DNA of 64,000 bases from a virus (taxonomy: Duplodnaviria > Caudoviricetes). Where the stretch lies: IMG/VR virus record IMGVR_UViG_3300022660_000043. One strand, given 5' to 3'. A model generated the notes under the pieces. It was not told the DNA's origin, made no database searches, and saw only the letters and a program-made list of their open reading frames with translations. A program made the position numbers and the translations under genes. Positions within the stretch are counted from its first letter, which is position 1. Every line of letters begins with the position of its first letter. Shown here in pieces: positions 11,301-22,260 of the stretch.

Positions 11301-14300
11301 CTGCTTATCCATAATTTATTCTCCTATATCAATATATTTTCGTACAGGCCCCTCAATCCAGATCACTTCAATCTGACGCTTCTCCAGAGCCTCATAAATC
11401 TCCGTGTACGAGGGTTCGGCTATGAGGGAGTAATCTTGCTTGGGCTCTTTCTTCTTGGCCACAGGACGAGAATATAGATGCCCTACAGTAAGATTGATAT
11501 GGGTCTTTAAATTACGTCGATCGATTTTCTTATACCTTAGCATTCTGTGCCTCCAACTTCTCTTCGAGGTATGCCTGAATCTTAAGCTTAAGTTCAAAGG
11601 AAGAAAGACCTGCGACTATGAGACCACCTCTGTTTAAGAAGCTGAGGGAGAACTGACCATTGATATCAGTATTCTCAAACCAGCAAATATGCTTCTTATC
11701 TTCCTGAGGTCTGTAGCCATGTTCCCTCTCGTACTTATCCATCTCAGCGTTATGATCGAAGTCTTCCTGAGTATAGATAAGAACCGTGTTGTCATCATTC
11801 TTAGCTGCATGGTAGCTAGGATAGAAAGCCTTGAGGCCGAGAGCCTCGCAGGCTTCTTTGATAGCTGTCTGTTGCTGAGTGTACCTGGGGTCGAGGATAG
11901 TTACTCTGTTTCTGTTGTACATAAGTCCTCCTTAGATTTTGTTCATGTAATAGATTCGAGCGGGTTCGATAGTTTCATGACTTACATCTACTTCCTTGGT
12001 TTCTGTATCATAGACATATGTACACTTCTCTACCGTAGGCAGATAGTAATGGATCTTTCCTTGCTGTGCTACAGCATACTGACAAGCTTCCTTAAGATCT
12101 AAGAACTCAGCATTGAGGACACGATACCCTTCAATATCACATCCGTAGACTTTATAAATAACAGTAGTTGTCATGCCATAAAGTATCCTTTCTTTTTCTC
12201 TTCTTCCCAAGCTGCCTTGGTTGTAGTGTGGGTTGACTTGGATATAGAACCCCAGCAGTTTGTCATGACCTTGACAGTCACAAGATTAGGATACTGAGGA
12301 GAAGTCTTTTCTTCAAGGACCTCAAGAATGTAGTGTTCTAGAAGATTCATTCTTACCCTCCAAGTTCTTAAACCTTTGTTCATTAAGCTTCTCATAAGTC
12401 TGCTGCAGTTCTCGCATAGCCTCAACCTCTTCAACAAGGGCATCGTATTTCTTAGCTTTAAGTTCGAGCTCTTCAATGCGTTCACGATCATCGCTAAACA
12501 TAGAGCCACTAAGCCAGATGTAAGCAGAGAGAAGCAAGATAGCAGCAATCGAGAAGTTAAGTACGCAGAGATAATAGATCGCAAGACCAATACTTATTAA
12601 ACCAACGAGTAATTCAAACCAGTGTTTCTTAATATAAGACATTTTACTTTACCCCCTTATCAGGTCCGAGCTTACGCATACAGGTGTAGTGATTAGGCTC
12701 TGTTTCTATTACATCTGTGATAGCACGGTTCTTGATTTGTTCTACTTCCTTCTCGAGAGCTTTGATTCTTTCTTCATTGTAATTAACATTGGCCATAATA
12801 AGCCAGACCACACAGCTCAAGGTCCAAGCCACTGCCATGAGATCATCTCCCTGCACCATATTAATAATAGCCAGAGCAAGAGCGGCGATACCAAAGAGTA
12901 TGTTCGGCCACTGCGATTTCAAAAACTTCATATATGTTATTCTCCTTTAAGCATTAAGTTTAGTATTACATTTCGGGCAGGAGAGCAAGGGATTAAATTC
13001 CTTAAAGTCCTCGGACCAAAAAGATTCTTCCGGGGTTTGGAAGCCACAGACAGGACACCAGTAGGTGCAGCCTAGGTCATCGTCATTACCCTTGAGTTCC
13101 CAATACTTTTCTTCTGCAGCAGCTTCGATCTTCTTCATCTCGCCTTGGTACTCTGCTATGAGTTCCTTAATCCTCGGGGTTTCCTTACCGCCGGAAAGCT
13201 GGGTCAGCATAGCGAGTTCCTCTTCGATAGCGTTCATTCTGTAAGTCAGCTTCATTCCTCGATCTCCTTTACTTCTGCTATCGAGAGTTGCTGCAGAAAG
13301 AAGTTACAATAATTCATTGCCTTCAGGTCTGCCCTCTCGCGAGCGAGTTCGAATTCTTTCTGTACTATATCCCACAAGGGTTTCTTTTCAACATACTGTT
13401 TCTTCATAGTTACTCCTTTAAACCGAGAGCATCGCAGAGGTTATCGAAAGCATCTGCTGCAGCATTTGAAGAACCAAAGACTACCCTCTCGCTCTTGGTA
13501 TCACCACAAGTGAAAGTAAGATAGATCTCATTGTTCAGGACCTGCGCGGTTCTGATAGTCTCAAGGTTAATAATCTTGTCTTCCTGAATCTCGTAGAACT
13601 TCATTTCAATCCTCCAAATTTCTTTGCTTCATTAATCCGTATTTCAAGTCGGGTAAGCTGATCCTCAAGTTCCTGTCTACGGATATACAGGTCAGAAATC
13701 AGGGCTTCGGCTACCTCTTCTTTGGTAAGGTAGAGCGTAAGGATTTCGTATTGAACCAGGGCCCAGTCGTAATACTCGACTGTTCCACCCTTGAGTTTGT
13801 AACCAATTCGAAAAGCAGCTTTGCGAGAAGGCTGAGCAACCCGTTCCTCATGGAAGGTGATAGAAGTAATTACTACTTCTTTAATTTTATTATTCTGAAT
13901 AGTGTAAGCTACCTGGCCTTTAACCAAAGTCTTTGCTTGTTCGTAAGTGATCATCTCAGTCTTCCTCCCAATACTTAGGATCTCTCAGGCTCTGGCCGAA
14001 GAGGTTGTACCATCTTCCACACTCGCATCTCACTGCTCCGGCGTAGTCCGAGTCAAGAACAACCTCTGCTCCGCAGATACACTTTCCAACTGCCGGCTCG
14101 ATGTAAGACAAGGTTTCTTTTCTGAACTCCGGTTCAGTAAGTCTCTCGTCCTTGAGACAAAGATTATAGTTCTCGATTGCTTCAGGAGGCATCTTATCGA
14201 AAGCCGGTGTTCCGTCTCTGTTAGCCGGGAAGCAGAAGCCACAGTCAGGATCATCCTTATAAAAAAACTCGATGTAATACTCAGTCAGAGTCGAAGGCGT

Positions 14301-14449
14301 TCTCTCTTTGATAATCTTAATCATTTTCTTTCTACCCCAATTTCCTTTCTCTCTTCCTCAGACATGGAATCGATAATCATAGGTGTCACTGCACACGCTG
14401 CCATAACCAAGGTTACCAAACCAATAATAATATAAGCTACGATAGTCAT
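8383..14449 (-). other. run of ~22 small hypothetical genes, including paralog pairs 9141-9338/9340-9582 and 12322-12642/12644-12931 (membrane) and Zn-ribbon proteins 8607-8837, 12947-13255, 13956-14324
   Basis: Contiguous ORFs with RBSs and ATGA overlaps; CxxC pairs; hydrophobic N-termini. Confidence 0.8.
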
Positions 14450-14485
14450 TATGTAAGTCCTCCAGAAATATGTAAGTTTCATTCT

Positions 14486-14555
14486 CTATATATATTATAC
14501 TACATTTCACCAAAAAAGTAAATAGTTAAACTGCACAGACTTTAACTTTTTTTCT
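14486..14555 (-). promoter_or_regulatory. class-1 (early, SigA-type) promoter repeat, copy 1
   Basis: TTTACT-N17-TATAAT plus conserved upstream AAAGTCTGTG block. Confidence 0.85.
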
Positions 14556-14559
14556 ATAT

Positions 14560-14597
14560 AAAATGACCGGACTCCCTTTTTGAAATCCGGTCATTTT
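14560..14597 (-). terminator. intrinsic terminator hairpin
   Basis: AAAATGACCGG...CCGGTCATTTT immediately after the stop at 14602. Confidence 0.75.
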
Positions 14598-14601
14598 AAT
14601 A

Positions 14602-15105
14602 TTAGTTATAGTGTGTCTGAATATAGCTCTTCAAAACTAGGTCAAAGACGGGTTCGTCGTCATATAGGATCTGTTGAAGTTCTTCCTCAAGTTCATCCTC
14701 GTCAGTAGGAATGTCAGCTTCAGTTTCCCAGTAATCGAGGGGATCAATAAATGACCTAAAGTGTTTCTGAAACCACGAAAGTACTTCGAAGTTTTCATCT
14801 CCGGTAGTACAGTAGATAACGTCATCATTGTCACAGTCTTCATGAATCGTATCTATCAAGTTCTCAAATTCAATATCGAAATCGGAAGGACTGGTAATTG
14901 CATCTTGGAGAACCTCAAGCTCAGGTTTAGAGAGGTCACACTTTATGAGGTACAACTGACTTACATCATCTGGCCCATATCCGAGGAAGTCAGGAAGGTC
15001 TTTCTCCTTTCAGTGCTTGACAGCATTTTTAAGAGATCTGTCGATATGATATACTGAGTAACTTTCACCTCGATCATATCTATAGTATGTAAGATAAATT
15101 TTCAT
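14602..15105 (-). pseudogene. acidic hypothetical protein interrupted by an in-frame TGA at 15010-15012
   Basis: MKIYLTYY...AVKH*KEKDLPDFLGYGPDDVSQLYLIKCDL... reads in frame into ORF 14602-14955; RBS and TGCTAAATTAT upstream. Confidence 0.7.
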
Positions 15106-15160
15106 TATGGGAGTCTCCTTATTAAATTTATTAAGTCTGTATAATTTAGCAATAAAAAAG

Positions 15161-15193
15161 GACGAAGCCGGAGTTAAGCACGCCGGCTTCGTT
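15161..15193 (-). terminator. intrinsic terminator
   Basis: ACGAAGCCGG...CCGGCTTCGT followed by a T-tract on the minus strand. Confidence 0.85.
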
Positions 15194-15224
15194 ATTACTA
15201 CAATCACAATATTCAAAACAAACA

Positions 15225-15512
15225 AAATAAACTTAAGTTATAGCTACTTCCATTTCATAAGCTCTTGCTCCTCCAAAGCTACTAAAGGTCGGTGGGAATG
15301 TACGGGAACACTAGTTAATATAAATCTAATCTCCTACGTTGCTACTTCATTTTCTTAGCCCCTCCAATGGCACAACAAGTAAGGGTTGATCGGCTCACAT
15401 CAAACATAAGTCTAATAATAATCAATCTCTTAAGTTGCTACGTCATTTTCATAGTCCCTCCTCAAGACCCAAAGAAATTAAACGGTTATGTGGTACCGAA
15501 AAACATGTCAGT
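15225..15512 (-). repeat. three-unit degenerate tandem array, period 96-98 nt
   Basis: GCTAC cores at 15243, 15341, 15437; minus-strand consensus GGAGG..CTAWGAAAATGAMGTAGCAAC. Confidence 0.85.
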
Positions 15513-15786
15513 CTACATACTCATATACTCATCATCTTCGTCTTCCCAATCGTCGTCGGGCAAATCCATATCCCGGCGGCAGAGGAGAAGACCTTCGGGA
15601 ACATCCTCTTCTGTCTCCCTCTCGAACTCTTCTTTTGTTACCTCAGTAATTTCGTACTGACAATCTGCATCAAAGTGAAGAGCGAGGGCGAGGTGAGCGG
15701 GGGGTTTCGTTTTCAAGGGTTGAGGAAACATAGAACTCCCACTCATCATCCTCGTCTTTGATGTTAGTTATCTTAAAGTATTTCAT
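15513..15786 (-). pseudogene. acidic hypothetical protein frameshifted at a C6 tract (15699-15704)
   Basis: MKYFKITNIKDEDDEWEFYVSSTLENETP joins AHLALALHFDAD... only if one C is removed; GAGG RBS before ATG at 15786. Confidence 0.7.
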
Positions 15787-16232
15787 TTTGGATTACCTCA
15801 CTGAATAATAATGTCGTCACCTGCTTCGGAAGCAAGAACTTCTACATAGCTCCAGTCTTCGTCAGTCGCCTTGAGAGTAAGAGTAGCAGAAGGGTCAGCC
15901 TTAGACAAAAGCTCTATAAGCTCTCTCACATTCCTCGCGTCTCCAATATATTTATACTGCATCACTAACCTCCTTGATGATCACATTCGTAAAGTCAGTC
16001 AAACTTCCGACCTCGACGGTTTTGGTTTCGAAGGGAACAATCCCTCTCTTCTTGAGAGCTTTGAGATACAGCTCTCTGCGTTCTTCCGGCGTAAGCTCAG
16101 GCTTAGACATCTCCTACCTCCTTGAGGCTCTCAACCTCTTCCCAAAGATCGGCATAGAGTTCAACATCGAATTGGGGGTTGTTGTAGAAATCAGCGTAAG
16201 TCATTTTGAAATCCTCCGTTTCGTTCGCTTGA

Positions 16233-16303
16233 TTACATTTATATTATACCATAAAACGAAGGATTTGTAAATTGACAAAACAACCAAAGTTTAATTATTT
16301 TTC
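16233..16303 (-). promoter_or_regulatory. class-1 promoter repeat, copy 2
   Basis: TTTACA-N17-TATAAT, upstream AAACTTTGGTTGTTTTGTCAA. Confidence 0.88.
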
Positions 16304-17098
16304 CGTGTAAATCTTACGAAGGCTCCTCCTCAGTAACCAGATCAGCTTCCTGAAGAGTAATATGAACTTCAACTAAAGTATCATCCGGCGCAGTGTAGTC
16401 GATCTCGTAAAACTCCTCTGCCTCAGAACCATAAACTCTGAGGGACTCAGAGATCAGATCCTTGTCCTCTGCATCCTCAGTGTTCTCATAGATCACAGAG
16501 ATCCACTCATCTTTGCTCTTGGTCAAAGCCTTGAGAGCTTGCTCCCGGTTAATGTAAACTCCATCACTTCCGGCGGAAGCATCAACCGGCATCCCGTCTC
16601 CACCCATAGCTCTGGCCCAACAGATTATATATACCTTTTCCATATTAGTTCTCCTTTTCTCCGATGATATAAAAGTCTCCCTCTCCGAGTTTACCGGAAA
16701 GTTTATTAGAAGCGATCCTTACTGCCTGAGGTCCAGACTCTGCCGTGACAGTAATCTGATATTCCTTACCTCCAGCTTTTCGAAAGCCTATCAACCAAGG
16801 TTTGTATTCCATTTAATCCTCCTCAATAGTAGAATTGATCATAAGCTTTCCGCAATGCGGACAGAACTTAGAATCCGTACTCTGGCCGAAGCAATCGTTC
16901 AGAGCCGAACGACCACAGTTCGAACAAGTGTAGTACAGCCCATCTTCGTGGAATATCCAGAACGCTTCATTTTCGTCCACAGACCGCGTTTCTTCCTTAG
17001 GCAGTAAAGTATCAGGGCCCACGGCTTCGTCTCGTTCTTGGGCGTTTTTGGTAGGCTGTGGCTTAAGCCACAAATCAAGTTCTTTTAACTTTCTGAAT

Positions 17099-17311
17099 TC
17101 AGGCATTTTCAACCTCCTGCAAATTAGCTTCGTTCCACCAGCCGGAAAAGCATTCTACTTTGTATTGGGGTTCTCCTCGATAAACTCTACGGTCTGTTAC
17201 CCTGAGTCCGGGACCACGCGTAGAGTAGACGGGTGTACCACCAAAGGAAGAACTGAACATTTCTCCAAATCGGATATGAACTTTTTGACCTTTCTTAAAC
17301 TTGAAGTCCAT
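17099..17311 (-). CDS. small SH3/KOW-like protein (MDFKFKKGQKVHI...)
   Basis: GGAGG RBS; KFKKGxxV...WW pattern; track ORF 17099-17470 is over-extended. Confidence 0.65.
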   Translation of the reverse strand: MDFKFKKGQKVHIRFGEMFSSSFGGTPVYSTRGPGLRVTDRRVYRGEPQYKVECFSGWWNEANLQEVENA

Positions 17312-17312
17312 A

Positions 17313-17489
17313 TTAACCTCCGTGCATTTTAGCGATCTGGGCAGGGGAAGCAAGGACGAGTCTATCCTCTTCCCACCATCTATTACCCTTGAGTCTGTAG
17401 TAGGTTCCTTGTCGAGCGGTGATCTTAAAGAGCTGTCTATTTGCGGTGTGGGTAATCCATACCCAGTCACCTTTCTTAAACTTAGGCAT
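17313..17489 (-). CDS. small SH3/KOW-like protein (MPKFKKGDWVWI..., 58 aa), paralog of 17099-17311
   Basis: Manual translation; GGAGG RBS; first gene after class-1 promoter copy 3. Confidence 0.7.
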   Translation of the reverse strand: MPKFKKGDWVWITHTANRQLFKITARQGTYYRLKGNRWWEEDRLVLASPAQIAKMHGG

Positions 17490-17513
17490 TTTCAGTCCTC
17501 CAATCTGTGTCGC

Positions 17514-17595
17514 TTACATTTATATTATACTATATTTGCAAGCGATTGTAAACTGACAAAGTACACGAACTTTTATTATTTTTCCGTGTACTTTG
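17514..17595 (-). promoter_or_regulatory. class-1 promoter repeat, copy 3, with stem-loop
   Basis: TTTACA-N17-TATAAT; inverted repeat CAAAGTACACG/CGTGTACTTTG. Confidence 0.88.
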
Positions 17596-18532
17596 CCAGT
17601 CTAAGCACATCAGTTGTAGGCAGTGAGCCAAGCGCAGATCCTTTTCTTCATATCCCTCTCCTGCTCTCTTGCTGCTTCCTTAGAATCGAAAGCCCACAGG
17701 AAAGTTACGCAGTCAGTGTGGAAGGTATCCACATTCGCCCACTTCTTCTGAACAAAGTCTCTGAGCTCATCCCAAAGTTCTTCATTCTGAGAAACAGCGT
17801 ACAGAGTATCCTGCATATTCTGTGGCCACTCGATCTGCCAACCAAGGTATTCGTTGTGTACTACCATCTTAAGCCTCCTCGTCAGTATAGAAACAACTTG
17901 CATCAGAATCGACTTGAATATCGAAAAAAGTTCCGCCGTTTGCAATGCAGTCATCAATCATACGACTAACTTCCTGCAAGAATTCCTCTTTCGTACCATA
18001 GCACATACCAGAGCCGTTGTCATTAAGCGTCTCAATAGTAAAAGTAAACTCCTCTTCAGGTTCTGCAGGAGCTTCGTATCTTCCGCTGAACACAGACTCA
18101 GGATAAATGGCTTCCTCACCTTCAAGGTAGTAGTGAGGTTTGTTGTCATAGGAAGGAGCAATTCCCGCGATAGTCGCGACTGTACCTCCCTTATCTGCGA
18201 GACCACAAGTAGGGTTCTTAAAAGAAACCTTAAACATTACCTGATCTCCTACTTCGTACTTATGAATAATGTTTCTCATTATGCTACCTCCACATTAGTT
18301 CCAAGACTAGGACCTGCAATCCAAATCATATCAATTTGACCAAGCTTGAGAGCATACTTAAGTTCGTCAAGCATAAAGCCATCAACTACCTGAAAGCTTT
18401 TATCTTCACGATACTTAGCAGCCTTTCTATCTCTAAAATAAAGATTACCATCTGTTCTTTTAGAGAGTCTAGTTACATTTCTCGTAGTTACATTTGTGTA
18501 AGTAATCATAATTATAACCTCCGTAGTTCCGT

Positions 18533-18615
18533 TTACATATATATTATACCACAAAATGAAATATTTGTAAATAGGTAAAGCACACAGACTTTAACTTTTT
18601 TTCTGTGTGCTTTAC
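18533..18615 (-). promoter_or_regulatory. class-1 promoter repeat, copy 4, with stem-loop
   Basis: TTTACA-N17-TATAAT; inverted repeat GTAAAGCACACAGA/TCTGTGTGCTTTAC. Confidence 0.88.
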
Positions 18616-20311
18616 ATAAGTATTATTAAATTCGCTGACGAACAGTAATAATCTTGAAAGTCTTACCCATATCTATGGCTCTGAAGATACGGGCATCTCG
18701 GTCAGCTTCCTCAAGCCAGTCATATCTCTTTGCCTTCCTCTTATTACATTCGAAGACTGAAGCTCCAGACTTTCCCTCTCCACAGTAGAAGTACTCGAGA
18801 TCAGGTCTGGTGTCGAGAGTCATCTGAATTACATACTTGGTTACCATCATAAGTCCTCCTTGCTCAGTACCACTGAGACCACATAGCATATTTGAAATCA
18901 GAATTTTTCGGATACTCTCCGGTATACTCCTTATAAAGCTCAGACATTTTGGAAATGAGTTCCTGATTAAGAACTCCAGCGGGCATATTGAGTTCAAAGA
19001 ACTCGTTGTTGTCTCCGAGGTTTCCACCATCGACATACTTGTCCACCTGAATGAGTCTGGCGAACTCCCCACACATGCCATCGTAGATCAGGAGAAGCTT
19101 TCCCTCTCGGTCACTGGTATGGTAGTTATATTCGTCAAGCTCCGGATACTTTTTCTCCAGAGCGTGACATTTCGCAAAACTCTTCAAAGGTTTCTCAAGC
19201 TCCAAGGTGAGACCGGTAAGTACTCTGCACTCTACACTCATCTCAGGTCCTCCCGCAATTAGACCACACCACTTCATTGGTGTCATCATCGTCTTCCGGC
19301 ATAAAGGTTACCTCCACGCACTTGTAGAGTTTGTGGTCGAGGAAGCTGTGGGCAGCACGGATAGCTTCCTCATCAGTCTTCCACGCAGACACTGGTTGAA
19401 GATTGTCTTTGGTTTCCCCGGCAAACAGAATGTAATCAAACTTCTCAGTCTTCATCTTCTACCTCCTCAAAAAGTTCATTGGCTTTTGCCATCTCGGTTA
19501 CTTCATCTTCCGACATCCACTTGAGACACATCAGAACTACGTCTCTGGGATTGAGGATACTCTCGTCGATCATCTCAAGTATCTTGTTTGTGGTTTCGCG
19601 AGAGGGTTTAAGGCCGGCCCTCCAGTGCTTAGGTCTCGTAGTCATCTTTATTCCTCCTCATCTTCTTCATCAAAATCGATCAGGTCTTCAAGATCTTCCT
19701 TACAGGTTACAGGAATAGGGGTTTCACAAGTACCCATTGAGTAATCGTATCTCCAGTCTTCTACATCAGGAAGACCATCTTCGTAGATAGCAGTAAGGAT
19801 ATGGATAGCGACATTGAAAGAGTCATCATCTATCTTATCCTTTGCAAACTGAATAAGAGTATCTTCATCTGTGAGGTCGTCGATATTCTCTCTTGCCCAC
19901 TCAAGAAATTCTTCAAATTCCATACTCTCAAATTGTTCTCTTTTCATTTTCGGCATCATAGTTTTTTCCTCCGTTGTTCTTATTGAGGGCTCAGTTAAAC
20001 ACCAAGCCCCATAGCTTTCAGAATTACGTTATAACAATATGTACAAACATCAAGCTTCGTTCTTTTCCTCAGAAGATTTCGTTTGAACTCAGGAAGCTTC
20101 TTTTTGTTGTAGAAGGCCGGGGTAATCAACTCAAAAATGTTCTGAACGAACTGGTCTCTCGTTACTGTAGGGTCTTCAAACCAAGCATTTATTTTTTGGT
20201 TGCTCTCAAACAGCTCTTTCGAATAGCATCCGTTCTCTCTCGTAAAATCCATAGTAGTCGTCATTTTTTTAATCCTCTCTTTTAATTTTATCAGGGCACT
20301 TATTCTTTAAC

Positions 20312-20407
20312 TTACATTTATATTATAACATAAATCGCCAAAAAAGTAAACTGACAAAATAGCCAGAGTTTAACAAATTTTTTGTGCAGTCTGTTAAACT
20401 CTGGCTA
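20312..20407 (-). promoter_or_regulatory. class-1 promoter repeat, copy 5, with stem-loop
   Basis: TTTACT-N17-TATAAT; inverted repeat TAGCCAGAGTTTAACA/TGTTAAACTCTGGCTA. Confidence 0.88.
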
Positions 20408-20418
20408 TTAGTATTTAA

Positions 20419-21720
20419 TTAGAAATCAGCTTCGAGCTTGTCAAATCTGAAATCCTTAAAGATCGGGAAGCGAAGACTAATGCCGCCGTCTGCATTTGTC
20501 GTTTCTTCGAAGTACTGAATCTCAGCAATCTTACCAACGAAGTCGGAAGGCTCAAGCCAGATAAGATCTCTAAGCTTATCGCTGAAGCCGGAACCAACTT
20601 TCACGATGTTACCGTTCTTGTACCTTACGTGAATGGCACCGAGAGTACCGGAGAGTCTGCCGGAACCTTCTTCGAAGCCGACGATCTCAAGGTCAAGAGT
20701 GTTCATCTTCTTCACCTTCATCAGAGACCACGTTCTGGAGAACTCATAGACAGCATCACAGATGTTGATCATCACTCCCTCTTCCTGATTGGCGATAGCT
20801 TCGTCAAGGAATTCAAGGATCTTGGAAGTGTCAGTTCCCACGTAGAGAACAGGCAGCAACTCAAAGTAGGTGGGAGCTTTTGCAGCATAGAAGAACAAAC
20901 CCTCAAGTAGCTCTCTTCTCTGTTTCCAAGTGTGAGTGCACTTCTGGTTCTTCCACTCATCGATGTACATAGCATCGAAGACTTTCATCTTGAGTCCATG
21001 CTTCTCGCCATCGGAACGAGTGATCTTCATTGCTCTCTTGTAGGCTTCCTTACTCGGAATTCCAGAGTCATCAAGGATAGTGATCTCTCCGTCAAGAACG
21101 GTTCCGTCAGGGAAAGTTTCCAGCATCTCCCTCTCCAGATCTACCAGACCCTCGTATCTCTGACCAGCTCTGGTGAAAAATGAAACCTGATCATTTTCGC
21201 GAATAGCAATGATACGACCGCCATCAATCTTGGTAGTGAGGGCAAAGGTCTTACCCTCTACCTTACTGGGCTTCTCAAAGTATTTCTGCGCGAGCTGAAC
21301 CGAGAATGTAGGAATGAGTCCCGGCATTGCAGCGTTAATCGACTTGGCATCGACTCCGATACTCAGATCCTTACAGATAAGCTTCTCAAGAAGAGCAGCA
21401 AGCTCCATGTTATAGGCAGCAACCTGACCGAGAGTTTCCTGACACATCTTGATCGCAGTATCAGTACCGGTATTATGTTTCTCCAACCAGTAGAAGAGAT
21501 CGAAGATAGAATCTGCCGGATACGGGCGAACTCCCTCGGGATGTTTACTCAACTTCTTGGTGCTTAGGCCGTAGACCGCGAAAGGATCGAAGACGATCTT
21601 GAGGTACTTCTGAATGACCTCGTCGTCCTTATACTTCTGCAGAACCTCCTGCTTAAACTTCTTAGAGTTACTTGAGGAGATCTCCTTTACGAATTCATTA
21701 AAATGCTGAAGTGTTCTCAT
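20419..21720 (-). CDS. lig: ATP-dependent DNA ligase
   Basis: KIDGGR (motif I), LDGEI, EGVMI, MKVKK, KVGSGF, SLRFPIF. Confidence 0.95.
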   Translation of the reverse strand: MRTLQHFNEFVKEISSSNSKKFKQEVLQKYKDDEVIQKYLKIVFDPFAVYGLSTKKLSKHPEGVRPYPADSIFDLFYWLEKHNTGTDTAIKMCQETLGQVAAYNMELAALLEKLICKDLSIGVDAKSINAAMPGLIPTFSVQLAQKYFEKPSKVEGKTFALTTKIDGGRIIAIRENDQVSFFTRAGQRYEGLVDLEREMLETFPDGTVLDGEITILDDSGIPSKEAYKRAMKITRSDGEKHGLKMKVFDAMYIDEWKNQKCTHTWKQRRELLEGLFFYAAKAPTYFELLPVLYVGTDTSKILEFLDEAIANQEEGVMINICDAVYEFSRTWSLMKVKKMNTLDLEIVGFEEGSGRLSGTLGAIHVRYKNGNIVKVGSGFSDKLRDLIWLEPSDFVGKIAEIQYFEETTNADGGISLRFPIFKDFRFDKLEADF

Positions 21721-21920
21721 ACTGCCTCCTTAGATGCGAAAATTAGCGTCACATTCGAACTCTCCAAGAGCTTTATACAACTGCTGAATAAAAGCAATCT
21801 TAGAGTTTAGATTGTTATTAACGATTTTCTTTACCGGACGAACAACTTCCTGATAGAAAGGACACTCGTCTGTTACCAGACACTTGTCACATACACACTT
21901 TCCAGACATATCTCTCCTCC

Positions 21921-22139
21921 TTACTTAATTCTCTTAAATGGATACTGCTCGTACACAAACTCGTTCAGATACTTTCCGACAGACGGAGCAATAATAAGTT
22001 CTTCATATACTTCTTTAGGCACATCATGGAAAGTATAGATTCTTCCATCCTTGTACTCGACGCGAAGACATTCTCCAGCAGTACCAAATTCAAGTCTCTT
22101 AATGTGAGAAGAATTAGGGGCATCAAAAACTTTAATCAT
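21921..22139 (-). CDS. KTSC-domain protein
   Basis: SSHI...L.VEYKDG.IY.F.DVP.EVY.ELI.APSVGKYLN. Confidence 0.85.
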   Translation of the reverse strand: MIKVFDAPNSSHIKRLEFGTAGECLRVEYKDGRIYTFHDVPKEVYEELIIAPSVGKYLNEFVYEQYPFKRIK

Positions 22140-22163
22140 ATTATGTATCCTCCATGCTCTTGT

Positions 22164-22257
22164 TTACATTTATATTATACCATATTTTTCATAATTTGTA
22201 AATAGGTAAAGCAGCCAGAATTTTCCTGATTTAACAAGATTTTTCTGGCTGCTTTAC
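22164..22257 (-). promoter_or_regulatory. class-1 promoter repeat, copy 6, with stem-loop
   Basis: TTTACA-N17-TATAAT; inverted repeat GTAAAGCAGCCAGAA/TTCTGGCTGCTTTAC. Confidence 0.88.
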
Positions 22258-22260
22258 ACA

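Larger units (their letters stand above)
16314..20264 (-). other. small early hypothetical genes (16314-16643, 16813-17112 Zn-ribbon, 17610-17879, 17869-18279, 18279-18509, 18626-18850, 18864-19250, 19243-19455, 19445-19645, 19648-19959, 19995-20264)
   Basis: RBS-led ORFs grouped 2-6 per class-1 promoter; some starts adjusted to the RBS. Confidence 0.75.

Noticed and set aside
15225-15512. CRISPR mini-array
   Set aside because: Repeats are long and degenerate, only three units, unique tracts are short, and no cas genes are in the window; kept as a non-CRISPR array
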